From a virus: 64,000 bases of DNA. Below are positions 1 through 11,313 of the stretch, piece by piece. The stretch covers positions 24,152-88,151 of IMG/VR virus record IMGVR_UViG_3300035698_012970. The stretch is one strand, 5' to 3'. The position numbers were made by a program, and so were the translations under genes. Under the pieces are notes generated by a model. The model was not told the DNA's origin, ran no database searches, and saw only the letters and a list, made by a program, of their open reading frames with translations. The stretch's first letter is position 1. Every line of letters begins with the position of its first letter.

Positions 1-1
1 A

Positions 2-2722
2 CTATACTTTGGTATATTAGCACCTGGAGAAATAGTAGAACATACATTTGCTCAATCTATAGATATGACAGCAGCAGGTGATTATGAATTAACTTTCCAT
101 GCTAATATCTTAAACGATACATTACAAGTTCAGAATAATACTTTAAATGTAATTGTGACAAGTATTAATATGATAGAAAACTTTCCTTGGGTTGAGCCTT
201 TTGATAGTTTTCCTATTCCTGGGTGGTTTGCCAATACTATATCTGTATGGGTGCCAAATGTAGGACAATCGCCAAGTAATACTTGGTTATCATACGCAAA
301 CACAGCTGTATTTGCTAATATGTATTTTTGGCCTAATGGATGGGCAGATTATAGATCACCTCCAATATTATTAACAGAACATTCAACTTTATTATTTGAT
401 TGGTCAAGTGCATTTAGTCCATTAGGATTAGAAGATGCATTTGAGGTACAAATATCGACAGACTTAGGTGTTACTTGGACAACATTATGGTATCGTCAAG
501 GTATTGATTTACAATCAGAAGATGGCGGAACAAGTCAAGCTCCTGGAACTTATGCTACAGAAAGTTTTGACCTTACACCTTATACTGGTGAAATTGTTTA
601 CATTAATTTTAAAGCAATTACTGGTCATGGTGCTAATATATATGTAGATAATGTGTCGGTGTTACATAAAAACACACTTGATATAGAATTACTAGATATA
701 TACGCAAGTAATGAATGTGAATTAACAAATACTGAACATATTAATTTCTTAATTGATAATGATGGGTTACTACCTATCAATGAGTTTATGATCGTATACC
801 AAGTTAATGGTACATCATATCTTGAGAATGTAAACGCAACAATATTACCAACAGATTCACCATTTGTATACACATCAACTAATGTATTTGATATGTCAAT
901 TGCTGGTGATTATATAATAAGTGCTAACCTTATTTTGGTTGGTGATAATGAAGTAGATAATAAAGTTGAAACAATTCAAAGTATTTATACAATCGATACA
1001 TTCCCGTTTACTGAAGATTTTGAATTAGGGTATACAAACTACTTTTACTTTGGTGAGAATAAACATTCAGAGGTTGAAGTCTTTCAGATTGATACAACAT
1101 TAGCTCAAAGCTGGTATGAATTACAAGCGAACACATATTATAATGGTAACGTTGGTCACTTCGTTAAGATGTCAGCACAAGATGCTGGTGCATTTGGTTG
1201 GGCTGGTAATACATATGAACTAGCTTGGTCTTCAGAGAAACGTATCTCTGAAATATATAGTTGTCCTATTGATGCAACATCATTAACAACACTAGAATTA
1301 AAGGTAGACTTAAAACAATTCTTTAAATATCATACATACTATACTTGGTTTAGAGTATTAGTTAATGATAGTGTAATTGGTGACCTTGGTGGTAATACAA
1401 CGTACCAACCAGGAACTGAATACAGTGACGATCTTATACAGATCACATATAATCTAAACGAACATGCTGGAACAGTATTTAATCTTAAATTTCAAGCTGT
1501 AAATAAGTATGACGAGGACATATACCCAATGGGTAATATGACAACAATAGATAATATCACACTACAAGAGGTACCATTAGTAACTCAAGAACTTGATCTT
1601 AAAACGGGTTGGGGAATGATGTCAACCTACATTGAACCATTAGAACCTAGTTTTGATACCCTATTTGCAAATACAGCATCTGATATAATGTTAATCAAAG
1701 ATGATAATGGTATGGTTTATTGGCCATTATATAGTTTAAATATGATTGGTGATATTAGTATATTTGAAGGTTATCAAATAAAAACATATCATCAAATGAT
1801 GTATGATATGGTAGGTTATGCTGCTATCCCAGAAGAAAATGAATTTACAATTCCTTCAGGTTGGAGTATTATACCTTATATGAGAGATAATCCTGGTGCT
1901 GTTGATTTAGTATTAGCATCAATCACAAATGATATTATATTAGTTGGTGATGAGAATGGAATGGTTTATTGGCCATATTATGGTGTTAACCAAGTTGGTA
2001 ATATGCTTGATGGTGAAGGATATAAGATGAATACATTAAATTCAATTACGTTTACATTCCCATCAAATACAGACCCAGTGATTCTTGCTGGTTCAGGTAG
2101 TAATAAAACAGTAGTGAAGGATATGGTGAACTATGATAAAGTTGAACCGACTAGCAGTAATATGTATATCGCTATTGAATCTGATAAAATGCATTATGGT
2201 GATGAATTAGCGGTGTATTCAAACGATAAATTAATTGGTAGTACTGTTGTTCAGAAAAATGGTGTGGGTATTATAACAGTGTGGGGTAACGATGCTGATA
2301 TAAATGACCAGAAAGTAGCAAATGAAGGCGAAATTTACACGATAGAGCTATTCAGTTATGATGATGGTGCAACAAGTAAACTATCAAATTTGGTCTTTAA
2401 AATAGGTTCTGATGTATATGAAACAAATTCAATTGTAATCATTACAGATTTTTCAATTGAATTCGAAGCCAAACTATATCAAAGCTACCCAAACCCAACA
2501 AATGGTTTAACAACAGTTAAGTTTAGTATAACAAATAAAGACTTTGTTGTTATACAACTTTATGATAATTTAGGTAAAAATGTTTATACAATAGCACATG
2601 GCATGTATACTGAAGGTACACATACTATTGACATTAATATCTCATCACTTAAGCCTGGAAATTATCATTATATTATGACAACTCCTAGCGTTAAGTTACA
2701 GAAACAATTAACAATCATATGA
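2..2722 (+). CDS. Large secreted protein with T9SS (Por) C-terminal sorting domain; 5'-partial
   Basis: Frame is open from position 2 to the ORF-track ATG at 65. C-terminus LYQSYPNPTNG...LKPGNYHYIM...KQLTII fits the T9SS type-A CTD. MAM/cleaved-adhesin-like beta modules (IYVDNVSV, TTIDNITL). Confidence 0.8.
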   Translation, partial: LYFGILAPGEIVEHTFAQSIDMTAAGDYELTFHANILNDTLQVQNNTLNVIVTSINMIENFPWVEPFDSFPIPGWFANTISVWVPNVGQSPSNTWLSYANTAVFANMYFWPNGWADYRSPPILLTEHSTLLFDWSSAFSPLGLEDAFEVQISTDLGVTWTTLWYRQGIDLQSEDGGTSQAPGTYATESFDLTPYTGEIVYINFKAITGHGANIYVDNVSVLHKNTLDIELLDIYASNECELTNTEHINFLIDNDGLLPINEFMIVYQVNGTSYLENVNATILPTDSPFVYTSTNVFDMSIAGDYIISANLILVGDNEVDNKVETIQSIYTIDTFPFTEDFELGYTNYFYFGENKHSEVEVFQIDTTLAQSWYELQANTYYNGNVGHFVKMSAQDAGAFGWAGNTYELAWSSEKRISEIYSCPIDATSLTTLELKVDLKQFFKYHTYYTWFRVLVNDSVIGDLGGNTTYQPGTEYSDDLIQITYNLNEHAGTVFNLKFQAVNKYDEDIYPMGNMTTIDNITLQEVPLVTQELDLKTGWGMMSTYIEPLEPSFDTLFANTASDIMLIKDDNGMVYWPLYSLNMIGDISIFEGYQIKTYHQMMYDMVGYAAIPEENEFTIPSGWSIIPYMRDNPGAVDLVLASITNDIILVGDENGMVYWPYYGVNQVGNMLDGEGYKMNTLNSITFTFPSNTDPVILAGSGSNKTVVKDMVNYDKVEPTSSNMYIAIESDKMHYGDELAVYSNDKLIGSTVVQKNGVGIITVWGNDADINDQKVANEGEIYTIELFSYDDGATSKLSNLVFKIGSDVYETNSIVIITDFSIEFEAKLYQSYPNPTNGLTTVKFSITNKDFVVIQLYDNLGKNVYTIAHGMYTEGTHTIDINISSLKPGNYHYIMTTPSVKLQKQLTII

Positions 2723-2781
2723 TAGGAAGGGGATAGTGAAACCGAAGCGTTTAACTATTCTATGGTCTAACATATAGCAAT

Positions 2782-2813
2782 AAAAAAGGTGAGATTAACG
2801 TCTCACCTTTTTT
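2782..2813. terminator. Bidirectional intrinsic terminator
   Basis: AAAAAAGGTGAGA-TTAACG-TCTCACCTTTTTT between convergent genes. Confidence 0.9.
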
Positions 2814-2988
2814 ATTCAGTATATTTACTTATCTAGTTTTCACCTTTCGTTTTTCTTTCTTCCTTAGCGATATTCATTGCTTTATATGCACCTTTCTTAG
2901 TTCTATGTAAGCTCATTGTTGCATATGCGCTTTCATAAATACAAGTTGTATATAGAAATTCAAAAATCTCAGTTTTCTCCGTCATAAA

Positions 2989-3654
2989 TTATTTATCGTC
3001 TTCTTCAGTTTTAATAAAGATCTTATCAAACTTATAAGCCAAATGCTCATATAAAGGTTTTCCAGTATAAGAGAATCTAGTTAATAAAATTCTAAATTCA
3101 TAGGCATCAAAAATAGTATATGTAAAACCATCCCTGTAATTACCGTTTGAAGATTCTAGTAACTCATCCCACTTAACACCTCTTGCTTCAAAATCCTCGT
3201 CACTAACGCCTTCCGGTGTATCAGTTTGATTCTGATAATGGTAATCCTCAAGTTCTAAGGTTTCCACTATTTTATCAATGATCGTATATTGGTTTCTTTC
3301 ATTAGTAAAGAATTTAATATACCAATAATCAGCATCATAAAAGATCGAACAAGATAAATATGCACTAATATTAATCTTTGATGTTGAGGTTTGATTTTTT
3401 TCAAGCATTGATTCAATCCAAAAATCATCTACGTTACCTTTTTTATGTTCATCAATTGTATATTGAGCCATTGAATTCTTAGGATTATCACTAAGATCTT
3501 TTAACGCTTTTGCAATACTCATTGAATGAACTAAGCGTAGATATGATTCGTCATTAGCTATGACTTCTATTGCGATTTCCTTGCATTTTTTTAATAATGC
3601 TAGAATATCTCTATCCTTTTTAATTCGGTATGCACTATAGATTTTTGTACTCAT
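2989..3654 (-). CDS. Hypothetical phage protein
   Basis: 221-aa ORF with ATGA coupling to the upstream gene. Confidence 0.7.
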   Translation of the reverse strand: MSTKIYSAYRIKKDRDILALLKKCKEIAIEVIANDESYLRLVHSMSIAKALKDLSDNPKNSMAQYTIDEHKKGNVDDFWIESMLEKNQTSTSKINISAYLSCSIFYDADYWYIKFFTNERNQYTIIDKIVETLELEDYHYQNQTDTPEGVSDEDFEARGVKWDELLESSNGNYRDGFTYTIFDAYEFRILLTRFSYTGKPLYEHLAYKFDKIFIKTEEDDK

Positions 3655-4136
3655 TTATTATAATTTACGATTGTTACTCTACAATCTTTTAGCTCGTATT
3701 TTATAATGTTTTCGATTTTTGTCCAGTTTCCACCGGCCAAACCTGCACCAATTCTAGGTAATCCAATGTGTTTACCCTTAAATTCTACATTCATTTTTCT
3801 CATACAAAGAATAAGAGCTTCATAATCGATCGGTGAGATGTTATTATTTCGCTTATAATCATATTGAGTATAAGCATTAACTACATAAAAAATTCCACCC
3901 TCATGAGTATAGCCACTTCCATAGTCGATACACCCAAGTTTAAAAATTGATGGCCCACTTTTTTCCATTGGGTATTCGTCACAACCAAAAGCTTTAGCCA
4001 TTTGTGGTGCAAGGCCTTTACCCATTCTGGATAAACAATTGCATCCATGTACAATCACATCGAACTCACCATTTAAGGCGAGTTCGATTAGGTTTCCTGT
4101 TATAGTTGAAAAATTCAGCATTTTTTTAATTATCAT
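3651..4136 (-). CDS. Macrodomain (ADP-ribose/Appr-1-p processing) protein
   Basis: IVHGCNC..MGKGLA, VVNAYTQY and PRIGAGLAGGNW motifs. Confidence 0.9.
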   Translation of the reverse strand: MIIKKMLNFSTITGNLIELALNGEFDVIVHGCNCLSRMGKGLAPQMAKAFGCDEYPMEKSGPSIFKLGCIDYGSGYTHEGGIFYVVNAYTQYDYKRNNNISPIDYEALILCMRKMNVEFKGKHIGLPRIGAGLAGGNWTKIENIIKYELKDCRVTIVNYNK

Positions 4137-4416
4137 AGTTCCACGTATCTATTCTCTAAAAATTTCTTACTATAAACTCCAAGAACATGCTGATTCTCGT
4201 TATCAAGAATTACATACTCACCTGTGTTAACATATAATTCACGGCTTCCACTACCCATATTATTGGTAATACACATGCAACTTTCGTCATATTGGGTTAA
4301 AGCAACTGAAAGATCTCCATTATAACCTTCTATGGCTTTTTTGATCTCGTCTAACATAGATATAGATCCATCCCATACCCATACTAAAGTTTCTTCTTTT
4401 CTTCTGTATTTTTTCA

Positions 4417-5787
4417 TTAGTGGTCGTGTATTTCATTAGTTGAAACCCACATATTAAGACCAAATGAGATAAACAAAGCCAATATGTAAACTAAGACAAT
4501 GTGCCATGTCTTAGGACTTGTTTTTACATAAGAGAATTCTTCGATGAATTGTCTACGTTCAAATCGATGTAGGTTCTTTCCAAGATAATCAGCGTATGCT
4601 TGCCAAGTCTTATCAGTCAATATAGGAGTTTTAGATTTGGTTACCTTCTTAATTTCTTGACCGCCAAGTGGAATAGGTATAATACCTTTAAGATCTACCT
4701 TAACTCCTGTTTGTGCTGTTATATCAGCTAATACTTCATCAGGCATAACAATTGGTGTAATTTTCCTTCCATCAGTTGTTTCTAATGTATACTGATACAT
4801 TTCTAATACCTTAGATGCGGCTTCAGCAGTTAATGCTCCAGACATTGCCCATGAGAATGAATGTGCCCATTGGATTTCGTTACCTTTCTTACCGATACAA
4901 ACAACCAATTCATTTTGGTTACCTTTGACCCAATAGTTTTCTTGGTATTTAGCTATTAAAGGATCTTTATCCTCGAATACTAATATCCACAATCTTAAAT
5001 GTTTACTTACACCAAATTTAGCATTTAGATTTCTAAATATTTCTTGAGTCTCGTGTGATACTTTCGCACCAAGTATTGTAGGACAGTTATACTTATCAAT
5101 CCTGTACTCATATTCAAATAGACCCATACTGTCCGCTTCTTCTTCAGTTACGACTGGTATATTAAAAACCGATAAGTCAGAAGCTTTTACACGATTTTCA
5201 TATCGATGTTCAGTAAAAACTCCTTTTCTACTTTTTTCTACTTTTGGCCAGGTTGTCTTAAATACTCTGGATGTTGGACCTACCCGGGAATTTTGAAACT
5301 TAGTACCAGATGAATACACTGCACCATCTCTTGTTGAGTGATTTTTTCTAGTCTTAGTAACTTTTTTACCAGTTCCATAAATACCTACTAATGAATCATG
5401 TAGATGTTCATTCATACCATATCTATTACCTAAGTCTGTAATACAATACCAACTAGGTCCGTGGTCATCTTGGTAGGAGCAGTCATAGTAACGAGTACAG
5501 TATGTAGTATTACCATCACCATCAGTTCCACACGCATAACTTTCGCTACACGTTTCACTAATCCACTCATTCCAAGGTTCTTCTTCATGAACAGAAACTA
5601 TAGATTCACCCCAATATTCTGTGAATTTTACAGATGCATTGTCCATGATTGCCTTTGCTCCGATGATCAGTAACAAAGTAACAACTAGTGGGACTCCAAA
5701 TTCCCACCACTTATACTCCTTTGGATTTCTTAGATAGAAAACCAAGGTTACTATCAAAACTACTATTAATGCTCCAAATATGATCAT
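4417..5787 (-). CDS. Conserved phage membrane protein
   Basis: Two N-terminal and one C-terminal hydrophobic helices; Cys-rich loop; sits in a cassette with the SPFH gene. Confidence 0.7.
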   Translation of the reverse strand: MIIFGALIVVLIVTLVFYLRNPKEYKWWEFGVPLVVTLLLIIGAKAIMDNASVKFTEYWGESIVSVHEEEPWNEWISETCSESYACGTDGDGNTTYCTRYYDCSYQDDHGPSWYCITDLGNRYGMNEHLHDSLVGIYGTGKKVTKTRKNHSTRDGAVYSSGTKFQNSRVGPTSRVFKTTWPKVEKSRKGVFTEHRYENRVKASDLSVFNIPVVTEEEADSMGLFEYEYRIDKYNCPTILGAKVSHETQEIFRNLNAKFGVSKHLRLWILVFEDKDPLIAKYQENYWVKGNQNELVVCIGKKGNEIQWAHSFSWAMSGALTAEAASKVLEMYQYTLETTDGRKITPIVMPDEVLADITAQTGVKVDLKGIIPIPLGGQEIKKVTKSKTPILTDKTWQAYADYLGKNLHRFERRQFIEEFSYVKTSPKTWHIVLVYILALFISFGLNMWVSTNEIHDH

Positions 5788-5789
5788 AA

Positions 5790-6317
5790 TTAAAATAAAT
5801 CAGGTGAACTATCTACACCGCTTTCAAAAGCTTTTGTAGTAGCATGATTCTTGATAATATTAACCTGCATTGGTTCCCTACTTCCAACAATCATTTTCTT
5901 AGGGAATGTAAGCAACATGTCACGATGCATTTTCTGCATATCCAGCAACTTCTTTTGTTCAATAAAGAATCCATTTCGCTCTCCTTCGATAGAGTTCATC
6001 AACTTTTTATAAAGAGATGAATCAAAATCCGGGTTTGCTTCTTGTATCCATTTCATCATTTCACCACCGGTTGAATAACGACCTTCCATGATACCAAATT
6101 GAATTTCCTTGAATTGCTTAGCATACTCGTTAGTAACACCAGCTTGAGACTTTAGAATCTCCCAAAGCTTAGTATAGAAGAGTTCAGAAACTTCTTGTTG
6201 AGCTTCAACTTTGTTTCGGAGTCTAACTTCATCGTTCGAAACTCCAATTCCTCAGAATATAGAAATTCCGGCAAAAATAGCAACCACTGCTACGATAATT
6301 AAAACTGTCTTTTTCAT
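5790..6317 (-). pseudogene. Membrane-anchored protein (about 175 aa) interrupted by an in-frame TGA at codon 22
   Basis: MKKTVLIIVAVVAIFAGISIF*GIGVSNDEVRLRNK... continues in frame into the 5790..6089 ORF. TGA at 6252-6254 is probably from TGG. Confidence 0.75.
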
Positions 6318-6332
6318 CTTTTCGAATTTATA

Positions 6333-6602
6333 TTAAATTATAGTTTTACTTTTCTTAGGAATCCAAATCTTTATCCCAATGATAACCAAGATAAGACTAA
6401 CTCCGTAATAGATATAATTAAACATCCTATTTACTCCGGATTGAGTTTTCAGTTCAGTGTAAGCAGCATCATCGTTTAATTGATCAGCAGCTCTAATTGC
6501 ATATTCCTGAGATACTTCATAATTTGCAACGTCCAGTAGGAGAATTCCCCCAGCCACTATGGCCAGGAGTATTAACACTGTATAGATAATTTTTTTATTC
6601 AT
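6333..6602 (-). CDS. Small two-TM membrane protein
   Basis: Two hydrophobic segments; adjacent to the SPFH gene. Confidence 0.7.
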   Translation of the reverse strand: MNKKIIYTVLILLAIVAGGILLLDVANYEVSQEYAIRAADQLNDDAAYTELKTQSGVNRMFNYIYYGVSLILVIIGIKIWIPKKSKTII

Positions 6603-6603
6603 A

Positions 6604-7560
6604 TTATTCGGTTTTTAATCCAAACATTCCTTCTAACATACTTGGTGCCATAACTTTAGGTAAAGTTAATGTTCCTTTTCTAAATCCTTCGGCCATACCG
6701 TTATTAAGATTAGCTTGTGATAGTTTGAGTTCAATATCTACATCAAGTTCTTTCTGAGCTTTAATAGCACTTCTAGCTTCGTTAAATTTATTAGCAGCTT
6801 TCACTTCATTAGATGCGGTAGTAAATTTCATTTCAGATGCAAACTTCTCATTAATAGCAATCTGAATCTTTTCATCAATATAATTAAATCCTCCAGCAGC
6901 ACCAACATTCATAATCTTTACACCCATAGTTTCAAAATATGCGATTGTTCTTACACGCATCGTATCAAAAATGGCTTTTCTATTTGACTGACATCCCGAT
7001 AAATCCAGCACTCCAAATTCACTTGTTAGAATATTTTGAATATAAGCTCTAACGTCATTATCCATTACTTGTGCCAAGGTACGTCCACTATTTAGATATA
7101 AGAATCGTGAAGTCCACTCTTCTGGGATATTACCCGTGGCGGTGATTCCAATACCAAAACCAATTGATTCTTTACTTTCTACTTCAATATCTTCTTTCTT
7201 ATTACCAGATGTTCCTGTTCCATTAGCGGCAGTCCATTCTCTTGTAACTGGAGCACGATTAACTTTAATCACTTTAACTGATGGGATCCATTTACCATCG
7301 TTACTCAATCGACCTTCTTGGTGCCATTGTGTCGGGATTAAAACTCTCTTAGACGCTACTTTCTTACTCTCTAAGTAATCAGCAGATTTAAGTACTTTTT
7401 GTCCAGCTTTATTACCCTGCTCTAATGGAATTACATAAGCAGTCTCATTTGGCTCAACATTTGCGTATATTTGTTCTTGATAAGGTTTACGACAAGATGT
7501 GAAATTGAGTGCTAGTAATGTTACTAGTGCAATCATTAATAATTTTGACATTTTCTTCAT
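6604..7560 (-). CDS. SPFH/band-7-like lipoprotein
   Basis: Lipoprotein signal (FTSC), band-7-like core and coiled-coil tail. Confidence 0.7.
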   Translation of the reverse strand: MKKMSKLLMIALVTLLALNFTSCRKPYQEQIYANVEPNETAYVIPLEQGNKAGQKVLKSADYLESKKVASKRVLIPTQWHQEGRLSNDGKWIPSVKVIKVNRAPVTREWTAANGTGTSGNKKEDIEVESKESIGFGIGITATGNIPEEWTSRFLYLNSGRTLAQVMDNDVRAYIQNILTSEFGVLDLSGCQSNRKAIFDTMRVRTIAYFETMGVKIMNVGAAGGFNYIDEKIQIAINEKFASEMKFTTASNEVKAANKFNEARSAIKAQKELDVDIELKLSQANLNNGMAEGFRKGTLTLPKVMAPSMLEGMFGLKTE

Positions 7561-7597
7561 TTTTCTTTTTATTAGTTATTACTTTTAAATTGAGTTT

Positions 7598-7629
7598 GCA
7601 ATATAGAATTAATTTTCGTAGTAAAAAAA
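7598..7629 (-). promoter_or_regulatory. Early-type promoter (T7-N4-CG-N11-TAnnTTnn)
   Basis: One of 12 copies with identical spacing; -7 box here TATATTGC. Confidence 0.75.
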
Positions 7630-7869
7630 TTATTACTGATAAATTAAATATTATTCCTCATAATCATCAAGTCCAACATGTGATTCTTCGTTATCAGTTA
7701 AATACCGATCATATTCATGAAGTAAATCATCATCTTTCCACCTTGATTTATCATTTGGATGCATACCATCGTCGGTAAATGTCCACGTATAATAATTATG
7801 ATCATCGTCTTTTTCGAAGTACTTGTCCAACCATTCGTCGAACATTAATTTGTTAGTTTTTTCCATATT

Positions 7870-8265
7870 TTAGTAAATTATTTGATATGCACCCCACATT
7901 AAAAGAAGATGCATCGTATTATCTGTTACTGCATAAACAAATGTAGTAAACCCACCCTTTAATATATGATAGTTATCGGCTTCCCATGATTCTTTAACAA
8001 AACGTTTTAGATTCCTACCTCTGATAAATTCAATATAAATATTAGCTAAACCAAATTTATCAATGAAAAAATGTGATGCAAAGACTGCACCTATCCAAAT
8101 AGGATCAAAATTCCACATAATAAGACAAACACTTGCTGTATATAAAACACAATGTATAATTGCAGCTAACCAACCCATTTTAGTATTTTTACTCTTCATT
8201 AGTGCCATCCACTTATTTTGAAGTAAATAATCACCAACTAAATGTCCTAATAGCATTTCAAACAT
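7870..8265 (-). CDS. DUF3307-like membrane protein
   Basis: LLGHLVGDYLLQ, H..ID and D..MH motifs. Confidence 0.8.
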   Translation of the reverse strand: MFEMLLGHLVGDYLLQNKWMALMKSKNTKMGWLAAIIHCVLYTASVCLIMWNFDPIWIGAVFASHFFIDKFGLANIYIEFIRGRNLKRFVKESWEADNYHILKGGFTTFVYAVTDNTMHLLLMWGAYQIIY

Positions 8266-8514
8266 TGTATTTTATTTTAATCTAAATAACCATCACCATC
8301 ACCTTCATAGATCTTACCATTTTCTTTAGCTAATTCCTTAGCATAATCGATAGCACCATCATGATCGTTCCAAAATTCTTTTCTTGATGCTAGAGCATAA
8401 TCAGTGATTTCATATAACATATGCGGAGTTAAACCAACAACTGATATTCGACTTCTGTCGCCTTGCGGATATATGATGAAATAAGTTTCTGTGTCCATAA
8501 TTTATTTTAGAATA

Positions 8515-8546
8515 TAAAGATATAAAAAAATAACGTAATAAAAAAA
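8515..8546 (-). promoter_or_regulatory. Early-type promoter
   Basis: TTTTTTTATTACG-N11-TATCTTTA. Confidence 0.7.
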
Positions 8547-8580
8547 TAAAACCAATATTAATTAAAATATTGGTTTTATT
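8547..8580. terminator. Hairpin/terminator
   Basis: TAAAACCAATATT-loop-AATATTGGTTTTA directly after the 8593 stop codon. Confidence 0.6.
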
Positions 8581-8592
8581 TCATTTGTGTGT

Positions 8593-9407
8593 TTATTGTT
8601 TGGCTATACACTTCATATATTCTAGATATTTCATGGCGTCATCGGCTTTTAATTCCTCGTCATAAATATATAAGCGTATATCTGTAATCTGATGGGTTGA
8701 TAACTTCAATACATCAGATTTGTTTAATCTGACGAAGACACTATATTCATATCCTCGATTATCCCAATCCCCACAATCTACTTCTGTTGTTGGCCATTCT
8801 AGTTTTTCATCATTTTCGAATAATATGATAGCGCCTTTTTCATATAAATTAACCGTACTTCCATATGTAGTAATTCTCATATAAATAGTAGTATCAGATA
8901 CTGTAACGTACTTACTAAATTTTATAGTTTCTAATATCGGACTTCCATATGCGGTCTCGTTTTTGAATTTATCAACCGATTTTTTGATATCTTTACATAA
9001 ATAATCTTCAGGTAATACTAAACCACCAAGTATAGTAAATTCGAATTGTGTTTATATTTAGAATTATATTTAAAGTATAAAACCCCAATCTCATTATTTT
9101 CCAATGTTAGTCTATAATAATGTCCCCTTATAAATTCACATTTTATAACTTTGAAGACTTTATTAACCAGATAGTTATAATTACTTTCTGACTGATCATT
9201 TCCCTTTTTATATCGATCCCCATATTTCATTTCAGGAGTAGAATAGAATTCAGTATAACCTAATTTGTGTAATCCTTCAGAAAGTGTATTTACTTTTAAA
9301 TCCCTTTCTAATAACAAATCTACCGATTCACCAGGAAATTCGAGAGTTTGTGAATATGCCGTTATTGTTAACACCATTGCTAATAAAATAAAAATAATCC
9401 TTTTCAT
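8593..9407 (-). pseudogene. Single secreted protein (about 271 aa) split by a 1-nt frameshift
   Basis: Adding one T near 9043-9047 joins ORF 9018..9407 (signal peptide) through an open frame (FEFTILGGLVLPEDYLCKDIKK...) to ORF 8593..8880. Confidence 0.7.
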
Positions 9408-9438
9408 ATCTCTAAAATTTAGTTATTATTAATTTGTA

Positions 9439-9470
9439 CAAACATAGGGTTATCTTTCGTAATAAAAAAA
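9439..9470 (-). promoter_or_regulatory. Early-type promoter
   Basis: TTTTTTTATTACG-N11-TATGTTTG. Confidence 0.8.
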
Positions 9471-9533
9471 TGAATTCAATTTTTACCATGACAAACCTTA
9501 GGAAAACAGCAAATAATTTGATATATATAACAT

Positions 9534-10490
9534 ATGATAACAACAAAAACAGTAATGCTAAAAATATCAAGTAATCTTCTAAAATATTACAGAGAGAAGG
9601 GATATAATGTTTCAAACCAGAAATATTCGGAGATAAAAGTTAAAGATCTCACTAAAGGATCACACGTCAAAGTTAATGGTCTATGTGATGATTGTGATTG
9701 TGAATTTATAAGAGAATATCGTACAGTAAAGTACATAGATGGGAAGACCTACTGTAAAAAATGCCAAGCGTCGATAAGTGCAAAGAAAAGAATAAAAGAG
9801 GTTGGAAGTAATTTTGGTAAATCTAAAAGTACCCCGTTTTCAAACCCCGAAATACAGAGAAAAATAGCCACAAAGTATTCAAAGAATCCTAAAAAGTTAA
9901 AAGAAATACACAATAAAAGGAAAAAAACAAGATATGAAAAATATGGTGACGAGAACTGGAATAATCAGAAGAAGAAGAAAGAAACCTCTATGATAAAACA
10001 TGGTACTGAAAATTGGAATAATCCAGAAAAGAGAAAGGCAACATGTCTAAAGAAACATGGGAATAAAACATGGAATAACCAAGAAAAGAAAAAAGAAACA
10101 TGCTTAGAAAGATATGGTGTCGAACATACTCAGCATAATGAAGAAATTTTTAATAAAACGCTTAAAAGTGCACATAAGGTTAAAGAATATAAAAATGGAA
10201 TATTTTACCAAGGAAGTTATGAAATGGAATTTTTGGATTTATATTGGGATCGGATGCAAATATTGAATGGTAAAAAATTCATATATATTGGGTTTGATGG
10301 TAATCAGCATGTATATTTTTCAGATTTTTATATTCCATCATTAAACTTAATCGTTGAAATAAAATCCCAATATACCCTTGATTATGATTCAAATTCATAC
10401 TATAAACATACAACGGTTAAAAATAGTGATTATAACTTTATTTGTATTATAGATAAGATATATGACGAGTTTGAATCACTATTAAAATAA
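9534..10490 (+). CDS. Putative homing endonuclease (Zn ribbon, KKxTC..KYG repeats, C-terminal PD-(D/E)xK)
   Basis: QGSYE..F, YFSDFYI..LNLIVEIKS motifs; inserted opposite to its neighbours with GATATATA at 9520. Confidence 0.7.
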   Translation: MITTKTVMLKISSNLLKYYREKGYNVSNQKYSEIKVKDLTKGSHVKVNGLCDDCDCEFIREYRTVKYIDGKTYCKKCQASISAKKRIKEVGSNFGKSKSTPFSNPEIQRKIATKYSKNPKKLKEIHNKRKKTRYEKYGDENWNNQKKKKETSMIKHGTENWNNPEKRKATCLKKHGNKTWNNQEKKKETCLERYGVEHTQHNEEIFNKTLKSAHKVKEYKNGIFYQGSYEMEFLDLYWDRMQILNGKKFIYIGFDGNQHVYFSDFYIPSLNLIVEIKSQYTLDYDSNSYYKHTTVKNSDYNFICIIDKIYDEFESLLK

Positions 10491-10796
10491 TGCCTTTGGT
10501 AAATTAGCATACTTGAGTAGTATATCCCCGTGACATGATCCCTTGCCGTTAATATCTTTACACCAACATGCAAGTACTTTACCCCTTAGTTCAGGTAAAG
10601 CAGCCATAAGTTCTTCATTACCAAGTAGATATCCTTCATAATTGGCAATAGCTTCGTCTCTGGTTGCTACAATGTATTTAGCTGTAGTTCCTTCTTTGTG
10701 TGTATATGGGTTTCCCCATTTGGATCCACGTCCAATATAAACATCATATTCATCTTTTTTACAGTGTACTACTCTTGGTTTCGGCATCATCTCCAT
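10482..10796 (-). CDS. DUF4326-family protein
   Basis: VYIGRGSKWGNPY, LRGKVLACWC and CHGDIL motifs. Confidence 0.85.
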   Translation of the reverse strand: MEMMPKPRVVHCKKDEYDVYIGRGSKWGNPYTHKEGTTAKYIVATRDEAIANYEGYLLGNEELMAALPELRGKVLACWCKDINGKGSCHGDILLKYANLPKALF

Positions 10797-11313
10797 ATTT
10801 AAAATCTATGTAATGTAAAACCGGGCTTGGTGAAGATAGTGGTTTTACTTCGACCATATCCAAACTCACAGTTTTTGCAAATATCTGTTTAAATTCAGGC
10901 CCGGGCGTTATGGTACCATTTGCAACCCCTTCTTCATATTCTTTCTTTCGTTTTTCTCTCTCTTCTTCCTTAAGTCTAACGTGTTCATCAATCTCTGATT
11001 GTGGTGTATCCCACTCAAAAAGAACAGTTGTACCTTCCGCAGAAATCATCGCTGTCCAAGATTGGTCTTCATTTAATCTAAAATACTTATATCCGTTTTG
11101 TTCTCTTGCCCCGTACGATTTAATTAGACGAAAAAGATTCGTAGAACGTGCATTCTTAGCAAATATTATTTTTGGCTGAGATTTTGGTGAATAGAAACCA
11201 TCCCCATCCATTATATGCATCTCATGACCAACATACATCAAAACATCACCAGTCAAGGGACATTTCATATGGGTTTCTTCCGGTTCTTGTTTACCTCCGT
11301 CGTAATATCTCAT
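10759..11313 (-). CDS. Hypothetical protein with C-terminal segment resembling T4-like major capsid protein
   Basis: FKQIFAKTVSLDMVEVKPLSSPSPVLHYIDFKY. Confidence 0.5.
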   Translation of the reverse strand: MRYYDGGKQEPEETHMKCPLTGDVLMYVGHEMHIMDGDGFYSPKSQPKIIFAKNARSTNLFRLIKSYGAREQNGYKYFRLNEDQSWTAMISAEGTTVLFEWDTPQSEIDEHVRLKEEEREKRKKEYEEGVANGTITPGPEFKQIFAKTVSLDMVEVKPLSSPSPVLHYIDFKYGDDAETKSSTL

